Positions 37,182 to 50,155 of a stretch of DNA of 64,000 nucleotides are shown here, one piece after another. The position numbers and the translations under genes were made by a program. The notes under the pieces are model-generated. The model was given only the letters and a program-made list of their open reading frames with translations, ran no database searches and was not told the origin of the DNA. Each line of letters opens with the position of its first letter. Positions within the stretch are counted from its first letter, which is position 1. Source of the stretch: Saccostrea echinata (Eukaryota); contig NW_026889760.1 of NCBI RefSeq assembly GCF_033153115.1, positions 3,100,001-3,164,000 on the forward strand, written 5' to 3'.

Positions 37182-37416
37182 TCAAAAGGTTGGTACAGGG
37201 GGTGGATTCAAACAAGAATGCTGTTCTCACTGGTCAAAGACCAGAAAGAGTGCATTGTGGGGAAAGTCAGAAACTATTCCTAAACTGAAGCTTGATAAGG
37301 AATGGCATGTAATGACATTGTATGATTTTTGTATAGATCAAGCTAAACTACAATTGAATCAGATTTGTGATCACCTAATGAAAAATTGATGAGTTTTACA
37401 ATGACATCTTTTTGAT

Positions 37417-37623
37417 ACTGTATACAGGGAAATTTTCACCCCCATTTTATTTTCGCCCATTTGGCCCTACTCACAGGTGGGGGAATTTAAAACGGAGGGA
37501 ATTAAAAAAAACACAGTAGAATTTCTTAAACAGAACTGTGATTGGGGGAATTTGAAACAGGCAAAGTTATTTGCAAGAGTGAAAGGGTGAAAATAACACA
37601 GGGTGAAAATAACCCTGTATACA
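37417..37623. mobile_element. TA-flanked MITE in the MED20 3' region
   Basis: TA|CTGTATACAGGG ... CCCTGTATACAG|TA. Confidence 0.65.
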
Positions 37624-38629
37624 GTACTCGCCTATAGGTCAACTATATCAAAGGTAATATTTTTTTGTTAAGTAGTTTATGGGCAGGTTTTTCAGGAACT
37701 TTATACTGTAATAGATGCATGCTTTTGCTACGAATGTAATACTTCACAATTTTATATGATGAAGTCTCCAAGAAATTTGACAAAAAACAGTGAATACAGA
37801 TGAAGGATACAAGTTATCAGGGGTGTAATCATATGGCTAAAGTGTAGTGTGATATATCATGATGCACAGGGGCTGTATCATGATATGCATCATGATATTT
37901 CACCTTTCATATTTTTAATATAATTTGTATGTCTATGTAAATTTCTATTACAATGGGAAATGATGAAAATTGTAGATTATTTCATCGGATTCAAAATGAC
38001 TTAAGAAAACATTTAATAAGCTCTGAATACAATAAAAAATAGCATTAAGTAAATTAACAAAATCACTTTTATTAGGTAAAACTAAAAAGAAATAACATTA
38101 ATTGCTTAAAATGCTATATATCATGATACACAGATATATGTTTTTTTTATATCACTATATGGTACGTTTTTTTTTTATGTATTGTGGTATACTTGTATAT
38201 ATTGTTACACCCCTATACAATTAAGTTACATGTATATGGTTGAACTCATTGTTTTCCTAATGAGCATATGTTATATGTGTACTTAAATTGATCTAATAAA
38301 TCTAGTAATAATGGTTATGTATTGTATGTTTTACATGATCCTCTGAATGACAAAAAAAAAAAAAAAATTGTATGCACTCATATTATTTAGTAGCTTTTGA
38401 TTTTGCTTGAATTTAGAATTAAATGCAAAATCCTGAAAAACTGGACAAGAAATGAAAACTGTTTAAAATTACATGCACATATAATTATATCATTTGTGAG
38501 CAGGCAAGACTTTTGCTGAGAACAAAAAATGACAAGTATGAATAGATCTAGTCTTTTAGAGCCTTTTTTTCAGAAAGTAACTGTGAATAGATCTAGTCTT
38601 TAAGAGCCCTTTTCAGAAAGTGAATAGAT

Positions 38630-41600
38630 CTAGTCTTTAAGAGCCCTTTTTAGGAGGTCCCTGTCTTGGACATGATGTGGCACCGTCACTTTAAGTCCTG
38701 GGTTTTCCTCCATGGTTCTACATATTGTCTCCTCAGCCTTTGCGTTTCCAGCCCAACATCTACGATTTACCTGGAAAACAACATTACTGATCAACATTTT
38801 TAAACATTTATGTTTTGAAAAACTTTATAAATTAAGACCAGCAATGAAACCATGATTTGATACTGAGCTAGGGTAGTTTTTAAGTCTGTTTTGATTAATA
38901 TCTGGCCCATTTTTAATGGCAGTAGGAATTTTTTTGTTTGATTCATTCAATGGTGTCGGAACAATGTGAATAAAAAAATTCAGTAAGGTTTACCCCATTT
39001 GACACATCCCAGGCTAGCATTCTCCTGGCTTTCTCTCCAGCTTCCTGTAAATAGCGAGGATTCTACTTAAGGAAACTTCGTTTATACATATTTTATCAAC
39101 AGTCAATACTTCAGATGAGATTGCAGTGATAAATTTTTACAGAAAGATGAAACATAGTTCAGAACATGTCAGCTTTACCTTAGATCCATCTAACACCAAT
39201 CCAAACCCACCGTTGATTACTTCACCCCTAAAGTACAGTTGACGTATATGCTCAAATGCAAAAACAAAAACAAAAATCTGTGTACCGTAAAACCATATTT
39301 CCCCAATAAAATCTAAATTTTGAAAATCTCTGAAATATACATAATTGTATGTGTTGTAAAAAAATCTTAACAAAAAAAATATTGTTTAGAAATTGATTAT
39401 TTTCACTTCTTATTTCTGTGAGTCGCCCGCTTGGCGCAGGGGTTAGAGCGTTTGCCTTAGAGTCGCGGTGTAAGGAGTAGATCCTTACGCCACGGGTTCG
39501 AATCCACTGCGGGACGTGGAGACCGCTCCTTAAGATGAGACTGTATAAACCGAGGTCCCGTGTTGCAGTAGATGCCGGGACGAAAAAGATCCCTCTCTGC
39601 TCATTGGCCCTCAGTGCCGAGTCAAAAAATTTGCACCTCTCCACTGGCAAGTGGTGGCGTCTCCATATAAGAGAAAAATTTTCGAGAGAGACGTTAAACA
39701 ACAAGCAAACAAACAAAATTATTTCTGTGATGTCACAAACTGTTCGCATTTTATTTTTTTTCATTATTTTTTTTTAAAGAAATCTGTAATTATGCTCTAT
39801 ACCAGGGGAATATCTGCAGACTTAAAAGCATTAATAAATTCAAAAATTCTCTGATTTTGAGAGATAATTACAGCATGCAGTTGATTTGCGCTCTGTAAAT
39901 TCTATAGTCATAATTGAACATTTTTGTTCATGTCGTCGTGTTTCTTTAAAAAAAAATTGGGGAGCACTTATTGGTCAAATTTTACAGTCCTTTAAAGTTT
40001 CAACTGCCACTTCAGCAAGATCGTTGTTTGATAAACCCTGTTCAACTATGCAGCGACAAGAACTCTATTTGATAATCAGATACAAGTGGTGGTTAGAAAA
40101 GAACTACTATAATTACACATGGCTATAGTAATTTTGATGTTTTTTTTTGTATACAAGTAAAACAATAAATTATATTTTATACCATCCTACTCCCCCGCCA
40201 TTGTGGAGCGCCACCCAGGTGGCTCCTCTGAAAGCATCCCCAATACAGTTCTGCACAGCCATATCTGATTGAGAAGCACACATACATCTGTTAGAGTGAA
40301 CACATTTATAAGCAATTTATTATTATCAATTCTTGTCATTTATATATACGAGATGAAAGAAGTGGCCAACCTGCACAGAACGCTGATCCATCATGAATGT
40401 TGGAAGTTTCTCTGTATGGACTGTCTGTACCGCTGACGTCATGATGGTCACGACTGATCACCACTGGACCCTGCCAACAAACAGTGCAAAATAAGTCATC
40501 AGTTTTTGAAATATTGGACTTTCATGCAAGAAATTATTTTGGCGAGTATTAATGAAGAGAAAGTCAGAAATCGGGATTTTAAACATCTTTTTAAATGTCT
40601 AATGTTATATGTATAATTAAATGCATTGTCACGAATGTTAGTGAGCATGCATTGACAATTTCCAAATCCATCTACTTTAAATAAGGAACTACATATGTAT
40701 GTAGAAGTAAATAACGTACAATATCGTATTTGTCGGATATAAGACCCACGGCTGTTTACTCTGTAAGCTTCTGTAGGAGTCATGTGACTGTTCGCTTACC
40801 CTAAGTTTCTTGCTGCCTACGGCCTCGTTAAACGCTGTAGCTATTTCTGTTCTGCCCTTCTGGTCTGAATAAAGTATTCTGGCTTGTGATCCCACAACCT
40901 GCCGGGGAATTCGTGCTTCAATGTATACACGTACTTATGATGTCAATAAGAAGACTTTCGAAATTATACAGACACGTTTACCATTTATTGTAAAATCACA
41001 TATCTTCGTGGGGTCAGATTTTCATGGATTGAGGAAAAACTGGGCTCGCGGGGATTTTGTTTCGTGGATAAAGAATTGTGAAGTAGTTATGTATTTAAAA
41101 TTTTGATTTTGTGGTGGACATGAATTCGTTAGTCTCTTCATACCTTGAAAACAACGAAAATTAACCCCCTACGAAAATTAGTGATTTCACGGTATTTCTA
41201 AGATATTACGTCTAGCATTAACCATTTACTTCTTATAAGAATTTAAACTTGGGGTGAAAATTCGAAGCAGCCTTCATTTATGTAATACAAAAAGTGAAGG
41301 GATCAGGAAAAATTTATTGCTCTTGAAGTTTTAGTACAAACCAGTTTATTTTGATTAGCTTCCCTTATCCATCTGATGTTGTCTTCATATTGCTGTTTGG
41401 TGCTTAACGGGACTAGATTAACACAAATAAAACCATATCACAGCGAAAACACCATGTCAGAAAAGTTTGAAGCATAACGTACGTGATTATTTACATGTAT
41501 CTGAGACAAAACTGTAAAATTTATCTGCAAAAAGAGATTATCCATTAAAGATGAAAATTGAGAGAAACTTCCAGTGACGATAACAAACATGGAGGTCTCG

Positions 41601-44600
41601 AATTGCTCTGGAAGTATTTTTATTCATGACATATGATTAAAAGCAAAGGACGTTCATGTACATGTATCCACAACATAAAACCAATATCTAATAACCAGAA
41701 TAATATACAATTATTGCTGTTTTTGAGGTCGAAACGATGATTTAGCCACCTTCGAAATACAATATTCACCTCGCCCGAATGTATACTGACATGACAATGA
41801 ATGTTAAATGATACAGAGTCGGTAGAGCTGATTTACCTCCTTTGTTTATGATGTCCTCTAGAACAGAAGTGGCGATTTCATCTGTCGTATCTAAATCACC
41901 TGGATTGCCTGACGTGCATACCCACCTTCAAAAGAATGGGCTTTAATGATCGAAATCATTTGATTTCATAAATATCGTTATTTTCATAAATTTAGTTCCT
42001 CATATATTAAGTGATATTCTTTTTTAACTTCATGATCATATTGAATTCCTCTTAAAAACCTAGGATTATCAACCTGACGTCTCTACCTGAACGGACCGAA
42101 TCCCAGTGAGAATATGTCCCCCATGATGTCTTGGACGTATGAAGGGTACCGAAAAGTTGTTCCAGTCACCCCTGACTTTTTTCCCACATCCGCCCCTGAC
42201 AAGAATATCAAATGCTATTTGATCATATATATGTATGTAATGTAAATGTACATCAATATTACTATCCTCAAAATTCATAATTTAATACGAATATAGTATT
42301 GTTCCGTTAAGTAATGTGTATGAGGTTGAATTTTTTATGTGAAGATTTTTTTTCAAATCCAAAATAATCCTGCATTTCTTTTATTTTATGGTTGTCAAAT
42401 ACATTCATGAAAAAATAAGACCACCAGAAACAATGTGGACGCAAACAGATTTCAAAAATTCCCATTAGAGTTCAAAACTAACATTGCTGTATTCATTTTT
42501 GATTGTGGAAATTTACATTTTAAGTGGGGGACAAGGCATGTACAATACCTGCTCGCCCAGCCTCCAGAAGGAACGCGTTTCCATAATCAAAGAAATACAT
42601 TCCTCTCGCCGACAATTTATTGATGGCATCTACCTGGCGTCTTAAACTGCAACAATCGAGACATTGCTATATTCAGCGAGTATGAAACTATAGTATTGGA
42701 TGCTAAAATGAATTTAGAAATGCTTCCATTAATATAATATTAAAAAAGACAAGCTTTATTTAACTGTTTAATCAGTGTTATGTATTATCTAATAAACAGA
42801 AGAATCGTAATATTAAAGACCATGGGATTGCAATTTGATACTAGTGAGTAGAACATTTGCTGTTCAGACCCTGCAATGCATATTTGTTTGTAAGGATTTT
42901 AAGAATTTTAGGGATCCAGTATAGAAAGGGTGGTACGAACTCCCTTCATTGACTGGAATGTTAAAAGTATTAAAGACTGAAATGTGATTATGAAGAATTT
43001 CATCCTTCAAAAGTGACCTGTCAGTATAAGTTGGATTTGCAGATATGAAATTAAGACCACGTTCTTCTAAAATACAGTTATAATAATGAGCCCTACAATC
43101 CAAGACAATACAAGCCTTGTCTACTGGAACCATAAAATATTGTTCATGTAGTCTTTCCAATATTTTTATCACCTCTGATTTAATGAAAACAGAAGTTTAG
43201 GTGGTTCGTATATTGCCTATGAACTTTCTAACACGAAATGAGGGAATGAATTAAGATTAGCGCGATAAGAACTAATGAAGCAAAATGAAGCTTTTCTGCT
43301 GCGCTTTGAATTCAGTATCCTTACACATGTTACAGTTCAAATGAAACAAACGTGCATAAAAAATTCGAAGAGAAGCACTTCTATGTCAGGCCATACTGCA
43401 GCAATATTACATGAATATTGCATGAAGCACGAGATTAAACTGCATTGTATTATATAATTTACTGTGAATGATATATTAAACGTCTTACACTGAGCATTTT
43501 TAATTACATGCATTGAGAGTAAATTATTGCTGTATACTGATAATAATTAAAATATGTTACCTTTCCTGAACCAAATTCTTGAACCTTACAGCATTTTCAT
43601 GCATTTCAACTCTTGCTTCCTCATAGGACAACTACAGTCATATAAAACAAAACAAAGTTGTCTAAAAAAGACCAATTTTATTCAACTTTGATTTTTGAAA
43701 TTTTCATTTTGAAAACAGATTGCTTGTTCTTGAAAAATGACTGTCATATAAAAATGTGCTTTAGGTACAATTCTTGTTCAATTTCTAAAGTATCTTAATT
43801 TGATTACTATTTGATAAATATTTATGGTGAAGATTTCATTATATCATGTTCGTATAAAGCTCAAAAAACTTTCAATTAAACATATGGAGATAACGAACAG
43901 TATTCAAGCTCAAAAACCATTTAAACAATAAAAATCAGGAGTTGAGCAAACACGGACCTCTAAAACATCAGAGGTCGGATCAGATGCTGTGGAGGAGTGA
44001 GCAACCCATGCCGACCGGTCACACCCGCCGTGTACTTCTTGTCATGATCGAGAAATAACGAAAAAATCCGTCGACAATTCAGTGTGTAAATAATGGCCTA
44101 ACAATTAGTATGAAAAACGTCAGTCAGTATTTGACTTAATGATAGATTGTATTTGCTGAGAAGGTCATTGCATTGACCATAGAACTTACGAAATGTGACT
44201 TTAAACGAGACTGTTGATATTCTTGTTTCATCAACTTGTTTGTCAATAGCTTGCTTTTTTTTTTAGGAATCGTTCGTATGTAGAGCATGCTCTTGCGCAT
44301 CGAATCAACTGGAGACATAAATCCCATATGCAGGTGAAAAGGCTATATCGCTACATCACGTTTATCATAAAGATTGGTTGTCATTTTATTAAGAATGATA
44401 CTCAGTTCAAAACGTGCTCTATCAAAACATGAAAATCATAGGAAACCTAGTGACCTTGAGGCTGTTATTTGTGTGAAATGGGAGCAACTAAATTCTACAA
44501 AGTAAATTATTAATCCTTAATTAAAAACAGTAATTAAATGGCAAAACCTCATCATATCTTTTTGTTTGCGTCTTTGTTAAGTAAATATAGCAATATATTT

Positions 44601-47600
44601 AATTCCAAAATGTGTGTTTAACTATTTCACAAAATTGCATGCTAGGTTTTTGAGCTGATCAGTTCATCAAGAGTGACGTTTAATAAAAGAAGTGGTCTTT
44701 GGACTTTTGTGATACACTGTACTGCATATTATACAGACAGTTTTAAATGTAGTCTCCATTGAATTGAAGCACTTTGATATATCTATTTACCGTATTAGAG
44801 CTTAGATTTCCCAACCATCGTATACAGTTTCGTAGCACTTGGCAAATTTACCTTTCTATGAAATCAGAATTGTATATAATGTATTTACCTGCACTGGGTA
44901 ATATCCTCCCAGGAAGGGATTGTGACAGCTTGTCTGGTCCGACCCAAGATCCGCCAATAGATCACCTGTACTCTCGTACTCGGAAACCAAACGCTCCCTA
45001 AGATTACAGAAGGTATAAGTCGTTCTTATAAGCATCTCATAGTTAGATGGGACTCATTTATTGTACATGTAACAAGATCTCTTATAAAAACAAGTCATTC
45101 ATCAATCACTAATTTGTATAGTTGGATTTTTGACTCCACCTGCTTTCTATTAGACTACAAATAAATACCCTTGGAATACCCTGAGGAAGTATATAAATAT
45201 ATCACTTGAAATTATTATATATTTATGTTACGTTTTCAAATTAATCATGAATGATTTCAGGAAGGTGGCTTTTATTTTTCCCCCCTTTCTTTGCTAGAAC
45301 TTTCCGTACTAGAATATTATTTGCCAAACTTAATGTACCACAAATCCACCACATTTCCATGGTATCCAATGCTGCATTTCCTCTTCATTTTCTTGGCCTG
45401 GCGTATGAGACTGACACATTCTGTCAAATCCCCTGTTATCTTCATCACCCATCCTTGGTTGTACCTCTTTTCCAAAGCTTCTTTGCTGACCTTTATTAAG
45501 ATTTACAGTGATTGATTTTTAAAAATAAAATTATTACAGTCAAATAATTAAGTTCATCAACGGGTTGAACACCAAAAAAAAAAATGCTTGTGTGTTTTAC
45601 CACTGCCACTAAAGGGCACTCAAAACAGAGGGAAAATTGGTTTGAGAGCGTTTGTCTCGATGACAGAAATTTTAATTTAATTTTAACACTTTGTAATCCA
45701 TATAGAGGATGAAAGTGACAATTCAAACGAATATTTCCGAAAGTGAATCAGGCTTTTCAACATGCTGCATAAAAAATATTAATATTTTTTGTACTAATAC
45801 CCCTGGCCAAGAGATATATTCCACACTGTGGGTGTCTGGAACGAAATATATAAGTACCTCGGCAACAACACTAATGCAGCCACAGATGGTTCCAGCCTTC
45901 GGTTGAGCACCACTCATACCACCCAGACCAGATGACACAAACACCTTAAACAGTATATTCAGAGAACGAATTGTGGATAACCAAATCTGGCATCATTATA
46001 AGTTCTTTTCTATTTTTCATTACAGAAGGTAGTAAATAAATAAACTTATTTAAGAAAGATCTAAATGACCTTGAAGATTGTTGGTATGATATAGCACAAA
46101 ATGAAAACTAAAGCCTTTAAATAGACAGCATCACATATATATATTTTTGTAAATTAAGTTCTAGCCAATACTAGTAGACCAGCACTGACAATTTCACATT
46201 CAATTTGGTCTCTGTTGCCTTTTATCCACTATTATTCTGTACCTTTCCTGTCATATCTGTACATCCCAGGTGTTTGCGAGCAGCATTCAAAACAGTCAAC
46301 TATACAGAAATAAAATAAAATAAAACGAAAGTTTGCTAAGCAAACGTTAATGAAATATTCTAACAAATGTAAACTTAATTAGTAGGCGGTTGTAAATTGT
46401 TCTTACCGTAGTTCCATGCACGATTCCCTGTGGTCCTATGTAACAAAAGCTACCAGCTGTCATCTGTCCATACCTGCCACAAAAATGCTTTGTTTGATTT
46501 TTTTCAATTCTTAACTAATGATAAAAAAATTAAGAAATACTTAAAATGTTGTACAAATAAAGAAAGAAAACGACAGACTCACATTGAGACACCAAGAGCG
46601 AACATCTTTTCATACATTTCCCTGGAGGAGTAATTAGGAATGACCTGAAATGGATTCAAATCAATTGAATATATGAAGCTCAACTTTTTCTGTCACTTGA
46701 ACATGAACATTAATATGAGTATACCAATGTAATAAACATTGCCATAATAAAGCCAAAGTATAGCTCTCGCAAATCAAAAGAGACTTACAGTAAAATGTGA
46801 AATAGAATTCTGTCTCGATGCAACAACCCGCCTAAATTAGTTTCTCTATTGTTAATCACACATTTTTAATAGAGAAAACTTTTGCGTAATTTTGATAAAT
46901 AATCTAAAACGGTAAAAAGATTACTTTTGATTTTTAATAAGAAGTAATTCATATTTCTTATCATGCAAATGATTCACAAAAATTGTAGAGGTGTACATGT
47001 GTATTTTTCGTAAACAATCGTAATCCCAAGTCTTTTGATATTAAAATCACGCTAAGAATAAATTATTTAATTTATAGCACAAGATTCCATGGGTACCAAT
47101 CTATTGTATATTTTGCAATTTCGTCGCCCGCGTAGCGCAGTGGTTAGAGCGTCTGCTCTAGAGTCGCGGAGCAAGGAATTGATCCTTACGTCGCGGGTTC
47201 GAATCCCGAGACCGGTCCTTCAGATGAGACCGTATAAACCGAGGTCCCATGTCGCAGTAGGTGCTGGCACGAAAAAGACCCATCACTGCTCAATGGCCCT
47301 GAGTGCCGAGTATGGGTCAAAATTTGTAGCCCTCTACCGGCAAGTGGTGGCGTCTCCATATGAGTGAAAAATTCTCGAGAGGGACGTTAAACAACAAACA
47401 AAAAAGCAAACATTTTGCATTTCAAAGTTTGATAAAATTTAAAGCAAATAAGAATTCTTTTACTAACCATACCGTTGGTAACAACCACTCGTGGTGCGGA
47501 GGTCGAGCTCGGAAAGAGTCCTGCAGGGTGACCGGAATACATTACAAGAGTTTGCTCATCCGTCATCTCTGATAGATATTTCATCGTAAGAAGAAACTAT

Positions 47601-49603
47601 CACAAGGAAAAAACAACTAGTAACTTTATCGAAATAAAACAACATGAAAAAAGAATTACACTGAAGAGAAACTTTGGTACATAAATTTTCCCAAACCTTT
47701 TGGATATGCAAATTTACTAAAAAAATTATACTGAAATATAAACATTCAATCAAAATAGGATGTAACCATAAGGAATAATATATGTTGCACCCTTCAGTTT
47801 GCTTCTAATATGGGGCCTTTAACAGTATATCTTTTCCGTAGACCAAATTAATGTAGGCAATGAAAGATTTCATATTTATGTGACTTTATAATCTGAATCA
47901 TAAATTAAAAGTATTCTTAATGCTTGACAAGCAAGATATTGAGAACAGTTCAAAACACTTTAAACATGACCTTAATATGTACAATAATGGTCATATTAAA
48001 AATCTATCCAAATATTATTTGATCAATGTTGCAAATATAGTCAGAAGGACATGGAGTTGATTCAGAAAAATTAATTTGATATGTAATGCAGAAAACGGTA
48101 CATCTCAAGCAGCATTTGAAGTACTAGTATATCTTCAACATGTATAAAATTATGTCAGTGTACAGTTTATAATTTAACTTAGCAATACGAAGATACAATG
48201 AAGTGCAGGATCCAAAGCAAAATATCCATCTTTAAATCTTCGCTAGCCAAGTGTCCGATTCGTTTACCCTCATCTCCCCCTTGGGTGATGAGGGTAAACG
48301 AATCGGACACTTGGCTAGCGAAGACGCCATCTTAAGTGAAATCATGCGTGCAAGATTCTACTAAGGTAATCTAGCCACTTGGCAATTGACCTAATCTAAC
48401 TGAATCAAATTAAGAAATCTTTTGGGTACCTTAAATTCAATGAGGAGTTCCAATGACAAGAAAGTTTGAAGTACGGAAAAAATAACAATATACCCCTACG
48501 TTCTTTAGAGAAGTTAGGTATCAAAGAACTGAAGCGAACAACAATTACCTGTGCCCAGTTTGAGAACACCTGTCCATTTCCTCCATATGTTACAAGCTCC
48601 TGTGGGAACTGAGCAACACAGGGGTCAAGGTTATTAAGAATCATATGAATTATTGCAGCAGCATGCCGGGTGCGTGCTGGAATCTCATCTATTGGGTATG
48701 CTCTTCGTGGAAAGGAAAAATGTAAACACTTCTGATATATGATGTAAAAATTTACACATATTAATGTCAAAATTATTTCCAATCTAAAACGCCATATCCC
48801 ACTATTATAATATTTTTCGCAGAATTAATGACTTTACTTTAAATTTAAAACTACATGTACTACCTCAAAAGTTTTTTTTATGCCACTTTTTAGCCCAGTG
48901 CATATAAAATGATTTAGTAAGAGCAAAATAAGTGTAAAATGAAATGTAAATTAAGTCACAATACAAATTAATAATTATATTTCCTGTAATAGTGATAAAA
49001 GCTCAGTACCTCATTTGTGTTTCGGGCATAAACCTGTACATATAGATATGTCCATAGTTCCTAAGTTCGTCTGCAAACTCCTCTGCCAATGTTTCATGAA
49101 CTTCTACAGGAAAATATCTCAAGGCATTTTCCAGGGCTAACTGTAAATTGAATTAAGACACTTTACTGTATTGAAACAGCTTTGCATTGATAGTCTAAAC
49201 TAGTTTGCCTATCTTCAAATTAAAAGAAAAACAATACTGTGAACGCAAGTAAATGTTTTTTCACCATTGGGCACTGCTATACCTATGATGTATAATGCAA
49301 GATACATACATGTAACTTTTGTAACACTTATCAAAATCTTTGTTGTTCATATACCCAAACTCTGTCATATTTCGGTTATTTAGGTGATGACACTTAATCC
49401 ATAACAGCGCTTGTTTACAGCGTATATTTACCAGCATGTTCATATTATTAATGAAGAGTAATAATAAAAACATTTACCGCCTGCTCCTCAGGACTTAAAT
49501 TGGGGGTCCTAACAGGTGCATGGGCAACAGTCTCATCCCGTTGCCTCTTGGGTGGGAGAGGGTCTAAAGGCAATCCCTCAAATATGTCCTTTAAAGACGT
49601 CAT
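38630..49603 (-). CDS. UROC1: Urocanate hydratase (eukaryotic type), 677 aa, 21 exons
   Basis: Exons 49603-49478, 49140-49010, 48702-48549, 47596-47468, 46644-46583, 46473-46407, 46299-46243, 45944-45858, 45490-45339, 44997-44889, 43631-43561, 42646-42549, 42195-42087, 41925-41837, 41412-41342, 40898-40800, 40470-40371, 40264-40183, 39227-39179, 39044-38994, 38770-38630 sum to 2034 nt. Motifs NNLDP.VAQFPQELVTYGG, YGQMTAGS, GLGGMSGAQ, DQTSCHNP, RDHHDVSGTDSP.RET, HNGGGVGWGEVINGG. Confidence 0.97.
39422..39716 (+). mobile_element. tRNA(Ser)-derived Deu/Nin-domain SINE
   Basis: A-box TGGCGCAGGGG and B-box GGTTCGAATCC. Deu core GATGAGACTGTATAAACCGAGGTCC. AAAC tail. Confidence 0.85.
42850..43240 (-). 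mobile_element. Penelope-like retroelement fragment (pre-RT region)
   Basis: LHEQYFMVPVDKA..C..HY...L..G...NPTY...EIL.NH followed by a frameshifted LYWIPK motif. Confidence 0.75.
43880..44390 (-). mobile_element. Penelope-like retroelement 3' fragment
   Basis: Degenerate AYG.Y.SQL, LLTNKLMKQEYQQSRLKS, followed by a bivalve Penelope-type 3' region. Confidence 0.7.
47123..47404 (+). mobile_element. tRNA(Ser)-derived Deu/Nin-domain SINE
   Basis: Same family as 39422: A and B boxes, GATGAGACCGTATAAACCGAGGTCC core, AAAC tail. Confidence 0.85.
48235..48326. mobile_element. 92-bp hairpin MITE with a near-perfect 9-bp TSD (AcademH/DNA9-like)
   Basis: Perfect 38-bp arms (48237-48274, 48287-48324) and a 12-nt loop. 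Flanks CCATCTTTA and CCATCTTAA. Confidence 0.7.
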
Positions 49604-50155
49604 GTTTGTTTGGCCTTGTGAGGTAATTGTCTTGCCGATTATAAACCCTCACACTGATAAAGGGGTCGCGTTCACTGTTATCTGAGAGACTCTTGTCAGT
49701 AGTTTGATTGTATCTCAAGAAATCTCGTAATTTTATTTCATCATTTAACTTATTCTTGAAATAAACACGTACATAAAAACCTTTTAAGTACCAGTTTTTG
49801 GTATAGCTTTGAGAATTATTACGTTGAAAACTATATAACAATGCATTTAATAATCATTAAACAGTGTGTTCATAAGCAAATAGGAACAACATGCAATATA
49901 AAAACTTATATGCGTGTATTTACAACAGTCTGTGAGAGTATAAATAGACTGATTCTTGATAATCAAGAAAGGAATAAACAAGTAATATGACAAACTATTG
50001 TTCATATCCAGAGAAAACACAATTATTAATGATCCAATCTGATGACAAAGAAAGTGATAATAGTGAATTGAAATTGTTATGCTAGAAAAACTCTCTGAAA
50101 TTTTCTTTATGCATATTGACAAAAACGACGAATATATTTGTCAAAAACATCAGAG

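Noticed and set aside
39422-39515. Functional tRNA-Ser gene (also 47123-47210)
   Set aside because: Stems are imperfect and the sequence continues into a Deu-domain SINE body and tail.
39252-39764. 170-aa ORF and similar SINE- or MITE-derived ORFs (30597, 33013, 47089)
   Set aside because: Chance open frames across repeats.
43880-44050. Hammerhead ribozyme in the Penelope terminal region
   Set aside because: No CTGANGA...GAAA core was found.
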